Assembly: GCA_003971905.1 (NCBI GenBank) | Contig: RSEE01000120.1 | Span: 62,001-126,000 of the forward strand | Length of the DNA stretch: 64,000 nt | Source: Moniliella sp. 'wahieum' | Lineage: Eukaryota | Direction: 5' to 3' | Part shown: positions 53,132 to 64,000 of the stretch, piece by piece | Numbering within the stretch: the first letter of the stretch is position 1 | Layout: each line of letters begins with the position of its first letter | Notes under the pieces: generated by a model | Seen by the model: the letters and a program-made list of their open reading frames with translations, nothing else | The model's database searches: none | Told to the model about the DNA's origin: nothing | Position numbers and translations under genes: made by a program

Positions 53132-54315
53132 ATGTCTGCTGCTCCCCCCAACCCCTTCGTTCGCCAGCCTGGTGCGTACCATCCCCCATGCACTCTCCTG
53201 CCTCGCCGCCTGCTGTGCTCCTCGCGCGGGCAGCATTAACCGTTCTTTGCCCCTCCTCCCTCCCCCCTTCCCACAGGCCTCGCTGCCCACTACCTCGCCC
53301 TCCCCCAGGGCAAGAAGGTGCAGGCCGAGTACATTTGGATCGACGGCTTTGGCGAGATTCGCGGCAAGACGACCACGCTCGATGGCCCTGTCAAGTCGCT
53401 TGCCGACCTGAAGGAGTGGAACTTCGACGGCTCCTCGACCAACCAGGCCCCCGGTGGCAACTCGGACGTCTACCTTCGTCCGGCCGCTTTCTTCCCGGAT
53501 CCCTTCCGTGGTGGCAACAATGTCATTGTTCTCGCCGAGTGCTACAACAACGACGGCACCCCCAACAAGTCCAACCACCGCTACGCGGCCAAGAAGATCT
53601 TTGACCAGGTCAAGGCTGAGGAGCCTTGGTTTGGCATTGAGCAGGAGTACTCGCTTCTTGGTGAGGATGACCGCCCTCTCGGCTGGCCCACCAACGGATT
53701 CCCCGGTCCCCAAGGTCCCTACTACTGCGGTGTCGGCGCTGGCAAGGTGGTTGCCCGTGACCTGATTGAGTCGCACTACCGCGCCTGCCTGTACGCTGGC
53801 ATCAACATCTCGGGTATCAACGCTGAGGTCATGCCCGCTCAATGGGAGTTCCAGGTGGGCCCCTGCCTCGGTATTGAGATGGGTGACCACCTTGTCGTTG
53901 CCCGCTACCTTCTTCTCCGTGTGGCGGAAGAGTGGGGCGTCAAGGTTACCTTCCACCCCAAGGCTGTCCCCGGTGACTGGAACGGCGCTGGTGCTCACAC
54001 CAACTACTCGACCAAGGCCACCCGCGCTGAGGGCGGCATCAAGGCCATTGAGGCTGCGATTGAGAAGTTGAGCAAGCGCCACAACGAGCACATTGCCGTG
54101 TACGGTGCGGACAACGACCAGCGCTTGACTGGGAAGCACGAGACGGGCCACATTGGCCAGTTCTCCTCGGTGTGGCCAACCGTGGCGCTTCGATCCGTAT
54201 TCCCAGGAGTGTTGCCGCTGAGGGCAAGGGCTACCTCGAGGACCGCCGCCCGGCGTCCAACATTGACCCTTACCAGGTCACTGGCATCATCGCCGAGACG
54301 ACGCTCTTGCTCTAA
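53132..54315 (+). CDS. GLN1: Glutamine synthetase (GSII), one intron 53172..53276, frameshift near 54170
   Basis: [119 protein letters not shown]. Confidence 0.97.
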
Positions 54316-54999
54316 GGTGGCCTCCGGGTACTGTGTTAGCTGATGTTGTCAGCTGGCATACCTCCCTTCGGCTTATGCAGGTTGCTTGTGGCTGTTGTTC
54401 TTGACAGTTCCCGGCGCTTCAGGCTGCGTTTCTTCTTTCACCCCCACGCCCTCGATGGCGTGTAAATTGATACTCTCTCAAATCTGAGATCTGATGGATA
54501 TCAGATTCGTTGGGCTCTTGATAGAACCATTGACGCTAGACAGCATGCATCAATGCCAGTGTTTTCATTCGCCACCACTAGTAAGCGCGCTAGTAAGCGC
54601 GTCGGCGCTGCGCTGCTGCTGCGCCACTACCTCGTCGGCATTATCTCTCACTTTCCCCAAAACAACTTACACGTCACCGCCCCCAACCAATTAGTGTCGG
54701 CTACCAAACCTGGTGTCAGGCATGTGTCATGCATGTCATTCACATCATCGTGATCGTCGAGGATTCATCGATCATCGATCATCGACCATCGTAGACTTCT
54801 TGTGCGGGTGGGCTACAGGAGGCTACAGGCCGGTTGCCTGAATCAGACAGGTGCAGCTGGTGGGGCTGCTGGAAGAGGCATTCCCACCAGGCGATCGCGG
54901 TTCGATCATGTATTGTTGTCTTTCCTTCCTGTCTCTGCCCATGTTGCTCGGGCCGGAACAGGCTTACAGCTTGGGGCCAGTCATCCAGTGGACGTCGGC

Positions 55000-56217
55000 T
55001 CAGAACATCATCGTCTCCCGTTGCACCAATCGTGGCACCCGACGGAGGGCTGGGTCGTCCTTGGCGCCCGCCCAAAGATAACCATCCAATTCGGCCTCGG
55101 TCATAGAGGCCATCCAGGCGAGAGAGGGGGTCTCTTTGGCCAATTGGTGCGCCCGCGCCACCATCCTCGCCCCCGCTTCAAGCGAGGCTGCACGGACCCG
55201 GTACCCATCTTGAGCCGACAACACTGGTCCCGGCTCCACTTTCTTCCCTTCTGCACCAGGAGGATCGACATAGGGCTTCCAGTTGTTAAGGCTGGGCAGG
55301 GGGCACGCAGTCAAGTCCACCACACCAGCTTGGTGCAGCATGGTGGGGATCACGTTGTCCACAAACATGGGCAGCAGCTTGGTGGGGGGCAGATGACAGG
55401 AAAAGTCGGATCGGGAACCAAATTTGGTGGACAATGTGTACAAGAGGAAAAAGATCTTCTTGGCCAACGCCACCTGGCAGCCATCCACCTCGGCTCGGTC
55501 GGCAAAGCCTGGAAGGGAAAAGAGAGTGTACACGGTCACATCCAAGCCTGCCAAGTCGGCCTCGTCCTGCCCTGCCTCTTGCCCGGACTTCTTTGCCCGT
55601 GCAATGGTCAAGCTGCGCGCCTCGTCGCCCCTGCGAAGTGCATGAAGAACAAAGGCACCCAAATCGGAAAAGCCCTGCGATTGCAATTGCTTTCCCGTCT
55701 CGTTGCATGTTGCCACGAGTAGGTCCACCGGCTCCACCATGGGGCTCGTCCGCTCCCCCACCATGATCCCCGGCAGGGTCGGGTGTGGGGTTTCCCGCAT
55801 GAGGTTAACGCTCCAGATTCTGCTCACGTCCTGGGACGTGAGGGATGCCAAGCCATGAGCAGAGAGGCGGGAGGCCCCCTCGGGCGCCGCATCCAGGTAC
55901 AGTCCCACCAGAAGACGAAGGATGTTGTCGTACACGCCTGCGCCCGTGGCGGCATGGAACTCGGCGCGATAGCCCGACAGTCCATTGAGCAAAGCCAGTA
56001 CAGAGAGAAAGTTGATTTCATCGGCGATCGAGTCAAAGTTAAGGGGGAAGAGGATGCCGTGCGTTTGGCTCAGACGTTCGAACTTAGCTTGCTCGATGGT
56101 ACGCAACACGTTGTCCATCTGGGCCTCATCCAACACAATCCCGCTCGCTTCCCGTAGCGCAGAACACGAAGCCCTCAGCTCCGCTACTGTGTTTTCCTTG
56201 GGTGGGAAGGTACTCAT
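55000..56217 (-). CDS. QNG1: Queuosine salvage protein (DUF2419, Qng1/C9orf64 family)
   Basis: Intact ORF with FPLNFDSIADEINFLSVLALLNGLSGYR, LPGFADRAEVDG..VALAKK, LPMFVDNVIPTMLHQAGVVD, YRVRAASLEA and ELDGYLWAGAKD..RRVPR; these match DUF2419 motifs. Confidence 0.82.
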   Translation of the reverse strand: MSTFPPKENTVAELRASCSALREASGIVLDEAQMDNVLRTIEQAKFERLSQTHGILFPLNFDSIADEINFLSVLALLNGLSGYRAEFHAATGAGVYDNILRLLVGLYLDAAPEGASRLSAHGLASLTSQDVSRIWSVNLMRETPHPTLPGIMVGERTSPMVEPVDLLVATCNETGKQLQSQGFSDLGAFVLHALRRGDEARSLTIARAKKSGQEAGQDEADLAGLDVTVYTLFSLPGFADRAEVDGCQVALAKKIFFLLYTLSTKFGSRSDFSCHLPPTKLLPMFVDNVIPTMLHQAGVVDLTACPLPSLNNWKPYVDPPGAEGKKVEPGPVLSAQDGYRVRAASLEAGARMVARAHQLAKETPSLAWMASMTEAELDGYLWAGAKDDPALRRVPRLVQRETMMF

Positions 56218-56518
56218 CTCGTCTCCAGTTGCCGACAAGGACGGTGGTGTTGTGGTCTCTTGGGAAGTGTAGAATGCGAGGGAACCTTATCCCTCTGAGG
56301 ACAGAAGGCCGACGTCAGCGCGTAAAAGTTTCAATTATGTCCGAATCTCAGTATCTTCACAGGCACAAGCCAAACAAGCTGGGGCCAAGTCCTGGCCAGT
56401 TCCAGACAAAGAAAGCCGTGTATCGATGGGACGGTTCTCAGATCTCAGATCTCACTCACATGACTCATGGCTTACTCTCTACAAAAAACGTGCACCTCAC
56501 GGAAAGGAGGCGTTGTGT

Positions 56519-58283
56519 CTAACAACCGTGAGGAGTTGGAGTCAATGGAAGCGAAACATGGAAGGTATAGATGCGCAATCGCGGCCGGAAAAGGCGTCGG
56601 CTGTCAGAGGGTGGGAGCCAGCGAAGGAGGAGGCGCACCTGAACCACAGAAGACTTGGGCAGCTCGGAAGGGCAAGGCGGTGTAGAGATGGAGCCTCCCG
56701 AAGAAGAAGTCAAACGGGCCAAGACACCATGTTTCCTAAGGGACTCGGTGATCTCCCCCGCCCGGACCGAGGCCACGGATAAAAGCGAATCGGATAGGCC
56801 ATGGGTCAACTCGTTGGACCCAAGAATGTAGATTCCACCCGTGAACGTCGTGATGGGCGCCTCGTTGATCAAAGTAACATGTGACGCGGACAATCCGCTT
56901 CCCACTCTCTCCGAGCTCTTCGGAGAAGGAGGGACACTACGTTGGGCCTCACGCTCGGCCCGCGTCACCAAGCGGTAATCACGAGCGATGCCTCGGGCCG
57001 CAGCACGCTGAGCATCCGCCGCAGCGCCTGTAGCCCCCGCCGGCGGCTCGCGAGGGGCATCGGGCTCATCTTCGAGAGGGGTAAGGGCGGATGCCAAGGG
57101 GTATTCAGCAGCCAGCGGGGCGAGGGCAGGGTGCGCACCCATGTGACGCTCGAACCCAGTGGCCAGGAAGACTGCATCATACGTCACTTCTTCTACAGAG
57201 GATGTGGAGGAATTTTCGAGGCGGAGGGTAATGCCTTGGGGGCTTGCCTCCAATGGGGTGGCTATGGTACTGGGCCGCAAGCGGATCGTGCCGTTCTCGG
57301 TGTCGTGACCCAATAGTTGGTCCTCGATGGGCAGAGGCTCGACTTGCTGTTGGTATATCGTCTCGTACAAGGTGTCGAGAGTGTGGGTGGACCACTCCAT
57401 AGTTTGTTCGGTGCCATTCCACCAATCGGGCCTGCCTTTCCGGCAGGGGTTGTCGCCAAAACGTATTGGTTGACTCGGGATCAAAGGCGGCGCCATTGAC
57501 AAAGGGACTGTCATCCGAAGGAACAATAGCCGGGCGACGGTAGATCGTCTCGATTTGCGCCCCCGGAAAAAGGGAATGAAGATGACACGAAATCTCTGCT
57601 CCACTTTGGCCGCATCCAACGACGGCAAGGCGGGCGTTAGGCTTCAACAATGGTTGCAATGCCCGCAAGCCGGGTAGATAATTGCCTGAATGAACAATGC
57701 GGGGGACTTTGCTCGCTTGCTCTGCGCTGTACAGCTGAGACCAGGGTGGTGGGACTGAGGGCGTGCCCCCCACAGCTACCGAAATGTTACGCGTCAAGAT
57801 GCGGCAAGCCCCCGAAGGGGTAGCTACATCCACAGCAAAGATACGTCCCTCCTCCGGAGTATCCAGAGGTGTGACGAGCTGGACACGATGGCCAAAACGA
57901 ATGGTATCCGGAGGCGACTCGGCCCGCATACGGCGCGCACACCACGCTAAATACGCAGACCACTCACGCCGGGATGGAACGGAATCGGAACGATTGATGT
58001 ATGAGGCGAGACGACCTTGGCTAAAAAGATAGTTGTAGTAGGTAAAGCTCGAAGTGGGATCGCGCAGCATGGCCATGTCCTTGAGCGGGCTGACTTGGAG
58101 CATCGCACCGGGAAGCAGGAGAGATGTATGCCAGCGAAACTCGGGATTGGCCTCGAGAAAGGCGATCTTACCCGAGGGTAGCATACCGCCCGCATTCTCG
58201 CGGAGCGACACGGCGAGCGAAAGATGGGCCGGGCCAAAGCCAACACCGACAAACTCGAGGATGGACGGCTGTGGGATGGACAT
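56519..58283 (-). CDS. sid1: L-ornithine N5-monooxygenase (siderophore biosynthesis, Sid1/SidA), frameshifted; true stop may be ~56604
   Basis: FAD motif VGVGFGPAHLSLAV; FRWHTSLLLPGAMLQVSPLKDMAMLRDPTSSFTYYNYL..GRLASYIN; PSRREWSAYLAW; NADPH motif AVVGCGQSGAEI; PSDDSPFVN; TNYGVV; YDAVFLATGF; THGLSDSLLSV..VRAGEI. Confidence 0.93.
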
Positions 58284-59641
58284 GGCGGCCTTTTGGTGGA
58301 GCAGATGACAATGACGCTTACTGAGCAGCGGCGCGGGAAGTATGACTGATGCCTATGCCGTAGTGGTTGTTGTGCTTGTCCCTGCAACACGCAAGAACAG
58401 GGGGGCTGGCAGGGGTGCCTTTAAAGAAACACCCATACACCCCCCTGTCGCGGTAGCACAAGTGCACGGTGTCGCGTTTCCACACTGCCGGCGTTCATCT
58501 CACGTCTCACGTGCTTGCGGTCTCAACTATACCCAGATCTCTTAACCCTCCGCTCTCGACTCTTCGCGCAATCGCGCTGGCTTCAAGCTCAGTGCAGTCG
58601 TAAGCTTTCAAATAAGCTTCGAGAGCAGCTTCAAGGGGAAATATTCCGTGGTCCCAGTGACTAGCTAATGGTCTGATCCAGCTTGAAAGGAAGCGCTCGA
58701 CCAGCATGGTGTGTGGAGGCGCTACGCCTGGTTGCAACGGTCTCGTGTCTGGTGCAACACACCACCATCTGGAATGGCCTCATGATGCATGATGCACGAT
58801 GCATGGTCTCATCGCCCCACGTCGTCGATGATCACCATTATCGATGATCGATGATCTTGGATCTTACGAATCTTACGACACTGTCTCTCTGCTACGCGGT
58901 CCCCTGTATTCTCAGAGGGCACATGCACATGGCGGTGCGCCTGGGTGTGCTTGCTTTCATTTGGCCGCTATCGTTGGCACATGTACAAGTGCTGCAACAT
59001 GTAACGTGGAGGTGTAGGTACAGCGGATATAGGTCAAATTTCAAAGCCGAACGGGACAGCAATTGAGGACTGTGTGGTGCACCAAGCGGGTAATAAAGAG
59101 CACCCTTTGGGTTGCCAAATTTCAAAACTCAATTCCGACTCCTGAAGCTGAAGGTTGACTTCAACTTGAAGCTAGAAGCTCTGAAGCTTGAAGCATGATG
59201 CGTGACATGCATGACAGCCGGTTCATCGATGATTTGCTTTGCTGTCCCTGTCACATGTCACATTCACATGCGACTTGTCACATACACGTCACCGTCACCC
59301 ACCGGCCACCTCTCCAAGCTCCCTATCTGGGTTCGCGTTCAAGGTACACCCTACTCAGTACTCAACCTCAACATCCAACCGTTTAACTTGGAACTGAACA
59401 ATACAGTCATCGGTCGTCTTCGGCTGGCACGTGGCATCAGCCGATTTTTAAGAAAGCCACCATCCACACGCGCCAGCTTCACGCCCAAAGCAAGCTTCTG
59501 CGCCCCACACTCCATCCATTGGTTCGTCTCGTCTCCTACACTCACCCCCCTCCTTCTTGTGCGTCCGCGCTTCGTCGTACTTGGACTACCGCTCTCGTCT
59601 CCTGCTCGCCCAAACATAGCGGAAAACGCTGACCAGTCGTC

Positions 59642-59700
59642 CTATCAGATCCACAACAGGACCAAGTGAGCCCAAGCGATCTCATCCATCTCATCAGATC
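59642..59700 (-). promoter_or_regulatory. Two near-consensus iron-responsive GATA (SreA/Urbs1-type ATCWGATAA) sites in the sid1/acyltransferase divergent promoter
   Basis: Minus-strand ATCTGATAG (59642..59650) and ATCTGATGA (59691..59699), each one mismatch from ATCWGATAA. A further GATAA lies at 58838..58842. Confidence 0.35.
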
Positions 59701-59998
59701 TCTCCAGATCACCTCTTGTTGGCCACCTACTCTCCGCCAGGCCCTCAACCCTCGGACCTTGCCTGAAATCCGTGTAGCAGACCCGTCTTGGCGTCCTTCC
59801 TACAACTGCCTCAACCCTCTCCAATAACCTCTGTCCCGCCGATCCCAGCTTCACCGGCTCCGCATTAGCTCAGTCAGGACGGCCCAACACAACCAACATC
59901 ATCAATTCATCCATCATCATTGGTCATACCTGCCACCAACGCTGCACTGAGCTTCTCACGTCCCTGCTCAATCCACCAGTCACTAGTCAGCGCTCAGC

Positions 59999-61431
59999 AT
60001 GAACGTCTTTCACCCAAACTCGGGATTGTTCTCTCTCGCCTCCTCCACCGACCCAGCAGGACGGCATGGTCCGGATGATCGTGTTGATTGGACCCTGAGC
60101 AAGCCTTTGATCTTGCCTGCGCCCTATACCGTATCCAAGTTAAGCATCCAAGCCACGTTCGTTAATAGCAAGTCGCTTACCGGCCCTAATGATTCAATTG
60201 CGCGTCTTACCTTCAAGGCGGATGCACCTGGCGAACTCGACCCTTGTTTCGATGAGCCAATCGAGTTTCATGCTCCACCGCCCCATCCTTCCTTCTACGA
60301 TACCATGCAAGAGCTTTCGCTGAACACACCGCGCAACCGGGCCGAGTCGTTGTGGGGGTCCATCGCGGTTACCTCTGTTGATGACAATGCGCACCAAAAG
60401 AACGATGCCAGTTTTCTTTTGCACGCTGAGGAGTACAAATTGTGGGCAATGCTGCTCCTCTACTTTGAAACCTTCCCAGGTGCCGAAGGAGTGAAGGTAA
60501 TCCGCTCTTTGGGAACGAAGAGTCCGAATACCGAGGTGCGATGGTCATTTGGCCTCAGTCTCCCTGCCTATTGGTGTGACAAGAATCTCTCTGCAGTCGT
60601 GGCGATTACTCGCGACGAGTTTTGGGTTTCCTCTCCGCCAACTTGCCCGCACCTTTCCCCCTGGGTTCCCCTCCCTCGGCCTCTGAGCACACTGGCACCG
60701 CCGAAGCCACCTCCAGGTACATTGGTGTACCAGCGTTACCTTCCCGCCCTGTCTAAGATCCTCCGCTACCGCCTGATTGATGATGGTCCGGCCCCGGGTC
60801 CTCCAGGTGGGCTGGACAAGGGCATCCTCCCTTTTGATGGGGAAAGCGCCGATGCGAGCGGTTCGTTTGGTGGCGACGTACCGCTGTTTGGCAAGTGGCA
60901 GAACTCAGACCGGGTCAACTCTGGCTGGCGGCAGCGTGGTCCGCTTCGCGAACATTGGGACTTTGTCCATGAATGTGTCGACGACGAGCATCGGTGGGGC
61001 TTGATCGGGACATGGGAGAACGTCGGGACCGGGTCCGGAACCGAGGCTGAAAGCGTGGGTGGTGAAGAGTCATGGGGGTACGTTGAGCTCTATTGGCCCG
61101 CCTTTTCCAATATTGCCCGATGGGCTCAGCCCTCCGATCTAGGCCTCCATGCTTTGGTGGGCAACGAGAAGTTCCGTGGACCAGGATTCGTGCGAAGCTG
61201 GATGGGAGCGGCGGTCCATCTCGCCTTCTTGTTGTCGCCTGGGGCGCAGCGCTGTCTCTCCGAACCCCGAGCAACACAAAGATGGTAGGCTACGAATGTC
61301 TCGTGGGCGGCCAGGTGGAGCGTCTGATTGACTTGGGCCACAAACGCTCGGCGCTTGTGGTCTGGCAGCGCGACGGGTTTTTCCAGCTGTGCCCCATGGG
61401 GCCCCTGGCTCAGCACGTGATGGGTAGCTGA
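59999..61431 (+). CDS. N5-hydroxyornithine acyl/acetyltransferase (SidF/SidL/IucB-type GNAT), frameshift near 61275
   Basis: PPKPPPGTLVYQRYLPALSK; FGKWQNSDRVNSGW; WGYVELYW; DLGLHALVGNEKFRGPGFVRSWMGAAVHLAFL; CLSEPR..NTKMV; LIDLGHKRSALV..RDGFFQLCP. This is the AlcB/Acetyltransf_8 siderophore acylase pattern. Confidence 0.88.
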
Positions 61432-62536
61432 TTGTGCTTGATTGAAAGACTAGCAAGTGAACGGCAGCATCTCTCTTGAAACTGAAGGCAGGGGGCGTTG
61501 AATAGAGAGATGGAAGTGAGTTGGCAAGTTGGTGGATGTGCGGTGGTATGCAGGGTCCATAGTAATGCTGCTGCACGCTCATCGAACTCATCGGCACAAG
61601 GTCGTGCGAAACACACGCTCGGATGTACTCTCTCTTCGCGTAGCCACGCGTGTGAGGGCATGACATCATGATGAACCGTGAACGCGTGAACATTCAACTT
61701 AGCGCCACCGGCTTAATGTTGGCTGGGCAAAACGGTACACACATGGCTGCTATGGCTTGGCCACGTGTGAACCACTTCTTTTGCGAACACCAACTGTTGC
61801 GCCCCGGTGTCCTAACGCAAAGGCGACCGGAGCGAAGATCCTGAGTTGCCAATCCCACTGTGCTGAACACTTCGCACCACGTGCTACACGCTCTTGGCGC
61901 GCGCTCAACCTGTCCTCTCTCCCCTGCCTCCTCCTGCTGCCACGGAGAGCGCCGGCGACATGGCATCGCTATCATGGCGACAAAGAGATGTCACGTCACA
62001 TGCGAGGTAGCAAAGACTCGACGCCTCGGCTCCTCTCCCTCGGTTCAATGTCATCGCTCGTATCCCCGACGCTCGTCTGCTCGCCATGTATACATGGGTG
62101 TGGGGCACTCGCAGAGACACACGAGGTGCTTGGGTATCGGGAACGAGGCGATTTAGCACTCAGTGTCCTCGGTCCCGGTCATCAAAGCTTCTTCACGTCA
62201 TCCTCCTCCCAGTACATCTCGTCGACGAGGTAAAGGGCAGTGCCGTGGTTGCTAACGGCATGCTTCAGCAGCTTGTGGACAATGCTTTCGGCTAAGCATG
62301 TTTCCAACCGGCATACCATGCGGCGGCCGCATCTGCTCTCCCAACACCTATACACCTAGTGGGCAGACAACGCCGGCAGTACCGACAGCGGCGTGCACGC
62401 CCCCTCCTTCACCTATTATTAGGACGAATGATTGCTACTTAAACCCCCCATCTGGTCGGACCCTCATTTTCCCCTCACCACCCCACTTCCCCCCCTCTGC
62501 TCTCTCTCCTACCCGCCCACGCTGTGCATTCATATC

Positions 62537-63902
62537 ATGCAGCTCACTGCCAACTTCTCGCCCTTTCGGCTGTTCTTGGCGCGCTGGCCGTGTTCGCTCA
62601 GCCCACCTCCCCCATGGGGCAGGAAGTCGCGATGAAGCGCGGCCCTCGTGGCAACCTTCTTGACTCGAACGGTCATGTGTCGTACGAGAAGATCGCCAAG
62701 GAGGTCGACCATCTGCGGTCCAAGTATGTCCGCAACATGAAGAACTACGAGGCCAACACCGGCTCCAAGCATGCTATGGACGCTCTCCATCTGCTCTCCC
62801 CTGCCCAGCGTCGCGGCACCGGCACCGTGTCTCTCACTGACACGCAGAACCAGGAGCTGTGGGTCGGTAACATTGGCTTCGGCACGCCCGTGCAGCAGAT
62901 TCCCATTGGTATGTTCTTTTCCTGTTCTTTCTTTTTTCTGGGTGTTTACTAACTTTGCAATTGAGCGCTACAGACTTTGACACGGGTTCGTCTGACACGC
63001 TCGTCAACCCGTCCGCTACACACCGTCCAAGTCGAGCACCTCGAAGGACACTCATACCACCTTCCAGGACTCGTACGGCGACGGCACCACGGCCTCGGGC
63101 GAGGTCTACTCTGACAAGCTTAGCATCGGTGGTCTGACCGCGAACACGGCGTACATTGGCCTCTCGCAACAGCAGTTCATCAAGAACGAGGGTACGAGCC
63201 AAGGCATCAGCGGTATGGCCTTCCCCTCCCTGGCCTCCTTCCAACAACATGAACCCTACTTCTTCTCTCTCATCAAGGCCAACGCTGTGGATGCCAAGGC
63301 GTTCCAGATGAAGCTTCGCAAGCAGGGTTCCACCCTCACTCTGGGATCGGCCAGCCAGGGCGCTAGCTACACTCCTGTCACCGATGCCGCTTACTGGTCT
63401 GTCTCGGGGTCGATCAGCCACGGCGGTTCGTCGCATAACTCTACCTCGCCTTCTACTTCCCGCAAGACCCGTCGCCAGTTTGGTTCAGGCTCGGGCTCGT
63501 ATGGCAGTGGTTCGGGCTCGACTGGTGCTGGATCCGGCTCCGCAGGCTCTGGCAAAGGCAGCCAGGTTAACGGCATCATTGACTCTGGCACGACTCTGAT
63601 TGTTGCGCCTACGAGCGATGCCCAGGCGCTGTTCTCCGCCATGGGCTCAAGACGTCGAACCAGCAGGGCCAATGACTGCGACCTACCCCTGCTCGCAGCA
63701 GCCTGATGTGAGCTTCACCTTTGGCGGTAAGACCATCCCTCTGGGCGACACCACTTCGTTTGGCACCGCTTCCGACGGCTCGTGCGTGTTCGCCGTGGTG
63801 GGTGCAGATGTTGGCAGCGCTGGCTGGATTGTGGGTGACCCGCTCTTCCAACAGACCACAGTCACCTTTGATGTTGGTGGCAAGCGCGTTGGCTTCAACT
63901 AA
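62537..63902 (+). CDS. Secreted pepsin-like (A1) aspartic protease with signal and pro-peptide, frameshifted
   Basis: Hydrophobic N-terminus (LLALSAVLGALAVFAQP), pro-region ending QRR, LWVGNIGFGTPVQQIPI|DFDTGSSD (intron 62909..62973), SYGDGTTASG flap, IIDSGTTLI, WIVGDPLF, FDVGGKRVGFN*. Confidence 0.93.
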
Positions 63903-64000
63903 GCACAACCCTCTCCCTTCCAAAAGAGGGGGGTGATCAATGATCGACTCCTACAGGCTGAACCCCTCCCCCTCTTTTATCTCTTGTTCTCTTTCCTTCC

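Noticed and set aside
53051..54151. 366-aa antisense ORF over GLN1, and similar shadow ORFs over SAH1 and QNG1
   Set aside because: Expected shadows of strongly codon-biased, GC3-rich genes; no independent protein signature.
53132..61431. GLN1 + QNG1 + siderophore pair as one functional cluster
   Set aside because: There is no established pathway link between queuosine salvage and hydroxamate synthesis, and GLN1 is a housekeeping gene; the adjacency is probably incidental.

Overview
Eukaryotic, fungal genomic DNA. It is GC-rich and gene-dense, with short GT-AG introns and CTRAC-type branch points. The protein content suggests a basidiomycete, probably a smut relative (Ustilaginomycotina); that placement is inference. 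About 20 protein-coding genes can be recognised: PDH E2 (LAT1, 5' end outside the window), RPL41, PRMT1/HMT1, a Yippee protein, VPS23/TSG101, homocysteine S-methyltransferase, a DUF726 protein, a Pho80/Pcl-type cyclin, a PEX39-like KPWE protein, LST8, SAH1, DASH subunit ASK1, a Maf pyrophosphatase, mitochondrial RSM25, CSN12/PCID2, GLN1, queuosine-salvage QNG1, a divergent L-ornithine N5-oxygenase / siderophore acyltransferase pair and a secreted aspartic protease, plus two orphan genes. Most genes, including essential ones, carry single-base frameshifts, which points to unpolished long-read sequence, so gene boundaries are approximate. The most unusual signal is a window-wide intergenic 'grammar' of tandem 7-mers: a 6-bp A-NNNN-T palindrome plus one spacer base, giving TCA/TGA/TTA junctions. 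All 12 A..T palindromes containing G/C are used, in clustered islands. The second is an ~0.9 kb non-autonomous Helitron-like element upstream of ASK1, with a double 3' hairpin + CTAG and six stacked copies of its 5' terminus. No rRNA, tRNA or CRISPR array was seen.
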